Assembly: GCA_964016885.1 (NCBI GenBank)
Contig: OZ024741.1
Coordinates: 393,762,001 to 393,826,000 of the forward strand
From: Eledone cirrhosa
Taxonomy: Eukaryota
Reading direction: 5' to 3'
DNA length: 64,000 nucleotides
Under the pieces are notes generated by a model. That model saw nothing but the letters and a program-made list of their open reading frames with translations. It searched no databases and was not told the origin of the DNA. Positions 53,695 through 64,000 of the stretch are shown in pieces. A program made the translations under genes and the position numbers. Position 1 is the first letter of the stretch, and every line of letters starts with the position of its first letter.

Positions 53695-53706
53695 TATACA
53701 TACATA

Positions 53707-53857
53707 AGCTACAAATAACTGCAATATCTGGAACTTCAAAATATGTAAAGCACTCTTACGATTCAAAGGGACAACGGTAATTTCCTTTTCTTTGCAGCAT
53801 TGTGACCAGGAAGGTGATCGATCAAAAATAAACTCAAAATTAAGAGAAAGACAAAAC
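53707..53857 (+). mobile_element. Short 3'-terminal copy of the adjacent RLE retroelement
   Basis: Homologous to 54865-55015 (TCAAAAT..., CCAGGAAGGTG, AAATTAAGAGAAAGA). Confidence 0.7.
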
Positions 53858-53972
53858 ATACATACATACATACATACATACATACATACATACATACATA
53901 CATACATACATACATACATACATACATACATACATACATACATACATACATACATACATACATACATACATA
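53857..53972. repeat. (CATA)n microsatellite
   Basis: Direct reading. Confidence 0.95.
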
Positions 53973-55017
53973 GTAATGCTGAAGCAACATCTTCAACGGA
54001 AGAAAAAGGTCAGCAACCAGCTTGCCCAGGTTTATAAGCATAAAGGAGCATGACTATCATTAGGATAGCCACTGGTCTGGAGGAGAGATATGGAATAAGG
54101 TCTGATATAAATCTCTCTCGCAGGGACATAGGAAGATCCTATTCAATGCTCGAACAAGATAAAACAATGGACCAATTTACAGAGAAAGTTGTGCATGAGA
54201 CGAAAAACACAAACTATAGAGGAGATAAATCATTAAAAAAACCTGGCATGGAGTTCCGACAAGTTTATGACATCACACCTTGAGGGATATCTCTATGCAA
54301 TACAGGAACAAGAAATCCATATCTGCTACATAAAAGAGGAGGGCCATCAGTCGACAGTAAATGTAGGCTTTGTAAAACAAAGATCAAAGATGTAAGCCAC
54401 ATTGTTGCCAACTGCGAGAGAATGTCGTCTCGCTACTACCTCCCCATGAGACACGATGGGATAGCTAGAACCATCTGGAACGCACTTAAGAAACAACATT
54501 AAAAACAAACGAGGAAGAATATGTTGAGATAGATGGCGCTAAGGTATACTGGTGGAACCTGAAAATAAAAACTGCCACCAAATTAAAGCACAACCGGCCT
54601 GATATTGTTGTTTGGGACCACACATTGAACGCGTGTTCTGTTGTAGAGATCAGCTCTCCACTTGATGTCAATATTGTAAGAAAAATACAAGAGAAGGAGG
54701 ACATCTACGGACAATTGATGAAGAGTTTGCAGATCCAGTATCTAAGATACACCTTCAGCTTCATATCCATCATTATTGGAGTAACAGGTTATATATCAAC
54801 CTGCTTGGACCAAAGTATGACTTAACTTGGATTTGTTGACAAAGAGCGCAGCTCCCTAATTCATTGACTATAAATCGTTGCTATAGCTGGCACCTTCAAA
54901 ATTTGCAAAACATTCTCGCGATACAAGGAATGACAATTTCTTTTCTTTTACAACCTTGCCACCAGGAAGGTGCCCGGTCAAAAAAGTACTCGAAATTAAG
55001 AGAAAGAGAATCATACA
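53973..55017 (+). mobile_element. RLE-type (R4/Dong-like) non-LTR retrotransposon, 3' part
   Basis: AIQEQEI; CRLCK..DVSHIVANC..YYLPMRHD; YWWN..KHNRPDIVVWD..VVEISSPLD..K..IY. Confidence 0.82.
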
Positions 55018-55299
55018 CTTTCGTATAGTTTCCGCCTACCACATTCAAATCATGAGGCCAACTCTCGACTATTGTAGAGGACTGTGCATGCGCTCATGTA
55101 ACATCTCAACGTTTCTTTTCAGTAACTTAAAAAGGATATCGTTATAGCTGCTAATATTCGATCAACAGAGGTTTCAATTGTCCTACCTCTCGTTCAGCGA
55201 CGGTATATTTGTTTTACATCATACATATAAAACAAGTTCACAACAATAAAAATATCACTTTTGCTCGAATCAACAATTTTAGCTATTACATAATTTTTT

Positions 55300-56700
55300 C
55301 AATATATTTCCATGATGATATCAAGTTGGGCGGGCCCTTGGTGACTGTTTGCTACGACCTGCGATCTCTGACGAGAATCAGCCGCGAAGTTAACTCGTCC
55401 GAGTCGGAGGTGGTGAATGTTAACTATGATGTAGAGGGATATGCAGCCTCCGTCTCAGACGTGCGATCCATTCTCCGCCAGGTCCAGGCTCCAGCGGCTC
55501 ACGAGCACACTGGGCATGATTGACGCCCACCCGGCTCTCTTCCTGCTGAGGAACTGTTTCGCCATGTCGAATCTCCTCTACACATTTCGTAGTGCTCCTT
55601 GATACAGCCACGTATCTCTCCTCGCTGATCTCGACACTTGCATTCGAGTGACAGCTGAGGAGATATGCAACTTCAGGTTTTACGACTTTGGATGGCAACA
55701 TGCCACCTTATGTGTTAGAAACGGTAGCCTTGGTCTCCGGTCTCGCTCGCTTTGTCGGCGGTTTTTTCGTCAGTAACCCCTTGCCGTCTCCTCGTCAACA
55801 GGATTCTTCAACGAATCCCACTGTGGTCGAGGAACGCCTGGTCGCCTGCGAGACCTGGAATCGACTCGATCTCCGTCCAATAGACGCCCCTCGTCATCCC
55901 CCTGTAGACGTTGAATTCCCCCAGAGCATATGGGATGCCGTCCAGTGTGACATGGCATCAGACAGGCTAGCACGCAAGCTCCGCCTCTCATGTTTTCGCT
56001 CGGCCTCGTAACCCCACAGTGGTGATTGGATCAATGCTTTACCCTCCTTTTCGACTGGCATGCAGCTGGATAATGATAGCCAGCGAATCAGGGTTTCCCT
56101 GAGGTTTGACCTCCGGATCTGCGAGCCAAACAAATGTCTCTGCGGATCCACGATAGACTCTTTCGGCTTCCACCCGCTGTTCTGTTGCTACAATGCCGGC
56201 CGCCTTCCACGCTATGCCGCTCACAACGAGGTCATAAAACAAAGCTTAGATGCTGCAGGCTTCCCCTCAAATCTGGATTCGGCAGAGCTGAACCAAGGGG
56301 ACGGCAAAAGGCCAGACGGCATGACCATCTTCCCGTTCCGCAGTGGTAACGCCCTCATCTGGGATGCTACATGCAGCGAGACATTCTCCAGCGGCAACAT
56401 GGTTCAGTCTTCAACTAACCCAGGCTCTGCTGCACTTCGGGCAAACTCTCCAAATATCGGTCACTCTCCAGCAGGTTTGCGGTGGAGTTCGTAGCAGTGG
56501 AGACTTTTGGTGCCCTTGGCCCTAGGACAACCTCCCTGCTCACCACTATCGGCTATGCGCTGTTGTGAGCTGGAATGGCTCTTCCAGCGCGTCTCCCTTA
56601 CCATCCTACGGGGAAACAGCTTCTTTATTCTGTCCGACGGAGCCATGGGGCGGCCAGCGCGTGGGCCTCCATTTGCTCATAGTAGTGAGAAATTGTGAGA
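55300..56700 (+). mobile_element. CRE-clade non-LTR retrotransposon relic (RT end plus RLE)
   Basis: YFHDDIKLGG; GSLGL; PHSGDWINALP; CLCG..H..C..R..HN; DGKRPDG; IWDAT; VETFG; QRVSLTILRGN; GC-rich island. Confidence 0.85.
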
Positions 56701-56894
56701 GTGGAAGAGAAGGAGGAAGGGCAGTGGGAGTTTGGTTCCATTGTGTTCAGATCTGGTGTATATGTATATATTTATTTACCACACCACATTAACTGTAAAT
56801 ATAAACGAGATGGGTACAATCACAGTAGTATTTAAAGTCCCCTTATTTTCTTCAACAGAATTATATACACTGTCAGAAATACGGAAGAGAATTG

Positions 56895-57004
56895 CTGATA
56901 TTTGTGGACAATCTTTTATCGGTAACAGTCTTTTAACAAGACACACAAAAATCCACACTGGGGAAAAACCCAACTATTGTGAAATATGTGGTTTATCTCA
57001 CTAA
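56895..57004 (+). pseudogene. C2H2 zinc-finger remnant
   Basis: [32 protein letters not shown]; first Cys out of frame, stop follows. Confidence 0.7.
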
Positions 57005-57759
57005 TTCCCAATTCCCATTCAACGAACCAGTAGCCATACTACCTCGGCTAACTTGTTCGGAAAGAAGTTAATTTCTCTCGAATTGATTTCTACAAAGATG
57101 TCTTTGTGCTCACTTGAACTGTTGTAATTCGCTGCCAAATCCCATTTAACTTTTATCATGCTGTCGTAAAAATATATTAGATAAAGTAGAATAAAATATG
57201 TTAGATATTGGATATTTTAATACAATATGCCAGAAAAGTTGCTTACAGCTTCAATGCTAGTTGAATGTTATAAGTTCAGCTCACAGAAACACGTTTCCGA
57301 AAAAAAAAAAAAAAAGAAATGTGGAATCCTGAATAAAATGATCCACGGGTGGCACCTAAACATCTCATTAGATCTGGGCTACGGCTACACAACAACGATA
57401 GATTCCAGTTTGTAAGTAGGAGAGTGTATATATTTGTCAACTTTGGTATATTACTGACAGTCGACAGTTTCTTAGAGGTGAGCTCTGCATGAAAAGCATA
57501 TGATTAAGTATACTAACATACTTAATGTCCTGAACCAACAAGAATGATAATCAATCAAAACCCCAATAGAAAGAAAAGTCCTTAGCAATAATTGTAATTC
57601 TTGACAAGAGAGACAAGTGTGAGGAGTAACAGTATAGATCTTATTTACAATAAGATTCGGTCCCAAGTTCGAACCCACTGCGTGGCATCCAGGATAAGTG
57701 TTATTTACTACGGCCATGGATCAACCAATACCTTGTGAATGAAACTGTTTGGATAGAGT

Positions 57760-57882
57760 GGACTTAATCTCCCTGAAAATTACAAGTGCACGCATGTCTA
57801 TGAAATGCTCAACCAATTACACGTTAATTTCACGAGCAGCATTCCGTTTATCGAACGACTGGAACACTCATCGTCGAAACCA
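57760..57882 (-). mobile_element. Second SINE-like family copy
   Basis: Matches 21170-21295. Confidence 0.55.
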
Positions 57883-58437
57883 ACGGAGGTCCATTCCTCC
57901 ATCCCATTCCACCGCAACTACCTTATCATTATGTCATTAAGGTTATTTCTCTTCACTTTACAAGCTTAAATTTAGGGGGCTCATTTTATTTAGTAAGAAA
58001 AGGAAGTTAATCATGAACAAATTTTCACTGAAAACGTAGAGGACCAAAAATAAATGTATATTTAGTTCTACAGTAAACCACTTCTACCAGTTCAAATCTA
58101 TCTCTTTCTCAATAATTAATTACATTGATACCCAGACACATCTCACTTCGTGAATAGCATATAACGCTGGCCAACACTGTTTAGATCTTTATTTGATCTT
58201 TACCCAACACTGCTTAGATATTTATTTGCTCCAACATTCATTGATCTAATTTTACCCACTAAAATGTAGAATACTGTAATTACCGTTGTTGCATAATTAT
58301 TGTGCATATCAATATTATTGGTGTTGGTGTAATTTGATGATATAGCTCTCCGTATAACGGGGGCTAATAAGAAACATATCATAGCACTTCTTATTCAATA
58401 AAAAGATGCTATTTCTGGTTATTGAATAGTCTCATTC

Positions 58438-58501
58438 AGTTCTGCTTCGGCAGAATTTACTACAATGCTACAAGTTCTGCTTCAGCAGAACTTGTAGCAT
58501 T
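58438..58501. repeat. Two adjacent related hairpins
   Basis: GTTCTGC-TTCG-GCAGAAT and AATGCTACAAGTTCTGCT-TC-AGCAGAACTTGTAGCATT. Confidence 0.85.
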
Positions 58502-61500
58502 AGATAGGACAATCGAACGAAGCACTCAATTGATGTTTTAGCTTTGGTCGTCAGTCGATGTAACGATATTCAAATGCTACTGTTATTTATTAACCCCCAC
58601 TTTGAGAAGGCGTATAATGTAAAACATTCTAGTGATAACTAATTCAACTCCCCCATCTCAAATTTCATACACAATGTACCTCTGATGCGTTGTCCGCCGT
58701 TTCCTTACTCTTTTCAAGACGGTAGTAGGTGATTCAAAATATGCTGCTATTGCTAACATATCGAGCAACAACACAGAGACTTTTGTATGAGTCTCTACCG
58801 TATACACCCATACTCACACATACATACTCGCATACATACAAACACGCACATATACGTGTGCGTGGGCATGCATGTGTATGTGTCTACATGTGCGCATACT
58901 GCTGTAAACCGGTACATCTAGTTACATCGCAGTGTGCCAATAAGATAGTCATTTTGATTAACGACATGAACCAGAGTAACTACAACTGTCTTAGAATTAG
59001 GGATAAACATGCGGTTTTTATTTTAAATACGTAAAGGATTCTCTCAGAGAGATTTAACAACCACATTGATCGTACGCTAAACCGTTATTGTATTGAATTC
59101 ATTACATATCATAACACTGGTATTTATGATGATGTTAATGTTCAATGGTTGGTCAGCCCTAATCAAGCAGACATATGATCAAAGGCATTTTAGCCGTGAT
59201 TACTCAGTGCTCACAGAACCACATCATCGAATGTGACTTTTCTCTTTTAAGACGGTAGGTAGTAAGTTGATGGTCACCGGTGGCTCTTTAGCAAGGTCTT
59301 GAAACTGAAGCCACTTTTGCCAGGGTTACGTGCGAAGACATTGGCAGCATGATGTTAGATGTGATAAATGGCGAAATCTAATAAGCCAGACTTTTGGCAT
59401 TGTATCACAATGTGTCATGCAAATAATCCAACACGTTAGACAACAGATGGGACATAAACATTCAGAGTTAGATGGATACTGATTAGCGCCTTGTGTTTCC
59501 TACTATTTGCGAAACCCAAACCCCTATCGGGCGTCCTATTGGACGACCGAAGATAGGGTAGTATAGGCCAGGATAGGAGTAATTTGAAAGATATTTTCTG
59601 CAATTTCTAGTTGGGTAAACGGCCATTTGGAGGACTTATCATCGGCTGGTTGTGAAGTAGCATTTCTCTCTGCTGCTGTTAGATTAGATTTACTTAAGAA
59701 GTGTAGTTTACTAGTTGTAGTGTCTTCAGCAACGCTTAAGGAGTTTTACAACGTTTATCTAAAGGATTTAGATAATGACAGAACTAAATAAAGTCCACAG
59801 ACAATAACTATAATATCATAATGTTAATTTTTTTCTATTTTGAATACTTCTAATATCGTACATTGGTTTTACTGCACTGAAATTATTTATTATAATTGTC
59901 TCTTGATTGAAATTTTGCATCCTTATCTCTCTTTTTGTGCCTGTCGTGATATTTAGAGACCTCCTGAGTTCAAGTCACACCGGGGTCAATTTTGTCCATC
60001 AGCCTTCCGGATTCGATAAAGTACATTACCAGTCAATTAATGGTTTCGTTTTTTTATTCGTATAATGCACCCAAGAAAAAGTTTAGATTTAACTACTTGA
60101 CATAATCCTTTACCATTTCTTCTGACCCCTCTTATTTCGCATACCAGAACATTCCATTCCTTTTCTTCATATTCCAGTTACTGACCTCTCCTTATCATTC
60201 GTGCCATTATTGTTTTCTTCTAAGTATTTTCTTATTATGTCATGAAACCGAAGACATGACTTGAATGTTTTGAGTGAACTCTGCTAAAAGCACCAAAGAG
60301 CAGAGTGAGGGTGTTAAACTGTGAGACGGATTAAGCTTACCACACAAGCAGGCTACGGCAGAATTTGAACTCACATCACAGCAGGAATGTATACCACAAG
60401 GATTTCTAACGGTTCCACCAGTCAGATAACCTCGACTAGTACTTTATTTATCGACCTTGAGAGCATGAAAGCCAAAGTTGACTTCAGCAGTATTTGAACT
60501 CAGAAAGTTATGGGTCAGAATAACTTCTTTGTTGAACTGATTTTCGCATACACAAGCGACCATTTGTTTTCTCGAATTCTAATTTTAAATTCATTTAAAC
60601 ATAATTGTTTCTGTAATTTTAGTCGATAATTTGTGAATATTCGGTTTCGCAGAGAGTTAAATCATTGTTCCTTGGTTTTATGGTTTTCACTTATCGTTAA
60701 TACTCAACTGATGTTTGGAGTGATAATGCAAAACGTATTTGTTCAGTTAGGTTTTAACTTTCATCTTTCATGAAAGTGTAGGAATGAGATCGATAAAAAC
60801 CAGCCAAGAACTGAGGTCGTTGAAATCGAGTAGTCCTCTTCCTCCTCCTCTCTCTAGAATGTTTGTCAGGTGTAGTCATTGAATAGAGTCAATAAATTTC
60901 AATGCTTTTTATGCTAAAATGTATTAAATAAATACAATATTCTGGGTTAGATACGAATGTCCTCTCTGGAATAAATCTGTGTTCAGACCTGGAGAGGAGA
61001 TGGTTTTAAAATGTCCAAGAAATACTAATTTTTAAAATGGCGACCCCATGACTCTATCAGGAGTTACGGGTCCATACATATATACAGGCACGTCATATAG
61101 AATGTTTTGCGGTATTCGTACCGGCTCTCTTCGTTCAGAATTCGAATCCCACCGAAGACAACTTGGTCCTTTTGGTCCTTTTGATGTTCATGAATAAAGT
61201 ACAAGACTGGTATTGGGGTCGATTACCCTCCCCTCTCTCTTTCTGGAAGACATCCGCTATGTTCAGAATTGAAGAGAAATGGGCTTCGTTAGGTTGAAAT
61301 ATCGTAACGGCGCTCCTATGACTCTATCAGAAGTTAAGGATCTCTGGCATGGATATATGTCAAGTAGAAATGAGACCCGGTGCTTAGATAAATGAAATTA
61401 ATGTTGTTTTTTAATATAAAAAATGGCGAGGAGGAAGTGAAATGGCAGTGTGGCGTGCGCAACTGGAAGTGTTGGTCAAGTCGAAAGAGTGGGAGGTGAG

Positions 61501-61709
61501 GGCAGTATGGAAGGACAATGTATGAGAGCGGGCAGGAATTTCTGCAGAGATTACTTAATCTAATTGATTTGGGTAAATTGTTTGCTCTAACCGAAGTAAG
61601 ATATGAGCATGTGGTAAACCTCTTTTTTGCTGTTCTACTGTATATATGTAGGCCTTTGTTTTGCCAAATATTCCACCTCCCTTATGAACCAATACTTTCA
61701 TCATTTTGT

Positions 61710-63700
61710 TTAATTTTTGCTTGAAAACTCCTGCAATTATGTCATGACTATCTTCGGGTTTTTTACCTTTGTATAGGTTCTCCCTGATCTCATTCCATTT
61801 AAGATTGCAAGTGAATATTCAGGCCTACCGTATTCTCTCACATAACACGTTGCATCTTGAGTTCTTTCCTTCCTATATCTTGGACTTCCAACAAAAGTAG
61901 AAGGTAAAATTACAGCCCTACCTAATTCTTGTGCAATGAGTACTCCTTCATTATTTAGAGAATCTTTTAAAAGCGAATACTTTTCGACCCTTGGCTTGGT
62001 TATGTGTTGTTTAATGTACAATAACCGTTCAAACTCAGTTTTGGCATACATATCAACTAAATACATTTGGAATAATAGTTTACATCTTACAATTTGATTT
62101 CAAGTATTTCTTAGTTGTAAATGATATGCATAATCTTACCTACATGTGACTTTTTATTTGGGATTGTTTGATTTGTATTTGGGTTGTATAAAGGTAAATC
62201 CAATGAATAGCCATCATTTCCTCTCCAATGAATCAAAGGATATTGTAATGGATCATAGGATCTATGTAATTCATTAATTTTCTTTACAGTATTATCTTTG
62301 AGTAAAAATGATGTCTCTTTATGGAAATTCAGTTCCAACCATTACTAATACCACATCGTTAGATACTCGGTCATTGTACCTTCGTGCATGCTCACCAGCT
62401 GGTACTCTATCTGCACAAATTGACAATTGAAGATTAGGATTGTTAACCAAAGATGCCATATTTTTAATTTTAAGCTCACTATTTTCAAAAGCATCTCTTG
62501 AATGTCTCATAGCGTGTAAGTGTGTTTCAGAAAATCTACTATTTCTGATATTAATTTGTTCATTTAAATCATCAATAAAATAAACTTGAGCATATTTAGG
62601 AATATTATCAACTGTATTATACAATGAACTTATTCTGTGATAAATTTGACCTTGTATTTTAAAAACTGGAATGAATCCCGGCAGAGATATTGATTCATCG
62701 ACTCCAAAGGATGTCATTGAAAGCAATTTGTTGTTTTTTTTTATATTCTTTAAGAAGTTTTTGGAATCCCGAGTCCCCCCCCCCCCCAGCATTAGTGTAT
62801 TTAAAGGTTCAGGTGATCTTTCAATCAAATTCAATTTAACTTTACCATTTGAACAATATAATCCCTTAGGTTCATCTTTGAATAGTTTTGCACTGAAATG
62901 GTTACAAACTACTGACATTGTTCCTAAATTTGATAGTTTATCATAATTTTTACTTGGATCATATTCAAATGCTGCATTTGCAAATGATTTAACAGAACTA
63001 CGTAGTTCAGCATACCTAGATATTTTTACTTGAGTTACAATTTCTTGTTCGTCCCTATGTCTGAGAATGTCTTGCTTCATTGTGAGAAATTCTATTTTCC
63101 TCTCTTATTTCATCTCTTCTTTTTTTCTGTCAAATTTCCTGTTTTCGTCTCTAATTTTATTTCTCCTTTGAATTAAGCGCCTTTCCCGTCTTTGTCTTTG
63201 ATACTCTCGATTTTTTGCTCTTTGAATTTTTTTCTCTTCTTCATTCATTTCCTTTCTCTTTCGGCGCTTTCTTTCTGAGCTATTTGTACATCATTAATAT
63301 TATTGTTGTTTAAGTTAGTAGTTGCATTGAAAGGGTTATCATTATTATGCGCTGTATTGATATCGCAATTTTCTGAAGTGACACTGTTGTTAAATGAATT
63401 TGTGTCATTTGCTTCCATGGTGAAAAAAAGTATAGAGTTATACATAGAGGAACAAATCAACGTGCATGTGTTGTAGAAGCTAAGGTTTATTTTGCTGTCA
63501 TATCTAGCAAGACACGTTACCACAACATGGCCCTTGCGTGTACGACAGACAGACACACAGACAGATAGATAAAGGGCCATCCTCAGCCCCTCTAACACAC
63601 AGATGATGTAATGACTGCGACGTTATAGTTCTCTGTCTATCTACTCTCTCACTACCTCTCTCTTGTTGGCTTCGTTTTGCTACGTTACCACGTCATCATT
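61710..63700 (-). mobile_element. Helitron 3: N-terminal and Rep-proximal coding region, 3'-truncated
   Basis: MSVVCNH..CSNGKV; FKIQGQIYHRI; GEHARRYN; HRSYDPLQYPL; YLVDMYAK; VILPSTFVGSPRY. Confidence 0.9.
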
Positions 63701-63776
63701 CTCTCTCTCTCTATATATATATTATAACCCCCTCTCTCTATATATATAATAACCCCCTCTCTTTTTCTATATTATA

Positions 63777-63856
<80 letters not shown>

Positions 63857-63872
63857 CACACACACCCCTCTC

Positions 63873-63928
63873 TTGAGTACGCTGGTGCGTTATGGTCCAT
63901 CTGGTTCCTTACCACACTTCCTTCGTTA
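63873..63928 (+). mobile_element. Penelope-type terminal tail fragment ending in (TA)n
   Basis: TTGAGTAC.CTGGTGCGTTATGGTCCA.CTGGTTCCTTACCACA.TTCCTT matches 33263-33320. Confidence 0.75.
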
Positions 63929-64000
63929 TATATATATATATATATATATGCGTGTGTGTGTTTGTTGCATATATATACATCATCATCATCATTTTACGTC

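Overview
AT-rich, repeat-dense eukaryotic non-genic DNA. The SINE content and a C2H2 remnant suggest a coleoid cephalopod or octopod, but that is inference. No intact host gene is evident. The window is a mosaic of decayed mobile elements: three Rep/Pif1 Helitron relics and non-autonomous Helitrons; non-LTR retrotransposons of the RTE, R4/Dong-like, Tx1/L1-like and CRE-like clades; Penelope-like (GIY-YIG) fragments; more than 15 copies of a tRNA-derived SINE; MITEs; and microsatellites. The main unexplained structure is a set of about ten type I hammerhead-ribozyme motifs (intact and degenerate) from several unrelated Penelope-type terminal-repeat families. Most sit in (TA)n tracts, and several lie in near-perfect fold-back palindromes whose junctions coincide with the ribozyme hairpins. 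Other notable items: a Merlin/IS1595-type element built from two copies of the same end and flanked by a 9-bp TSD, a putative (CATA)n-targeting RLE retroelement, and a Helitron carrying a captured SINE. Everything was read by eye with no searches run, so boundaries are approximate unless stated.
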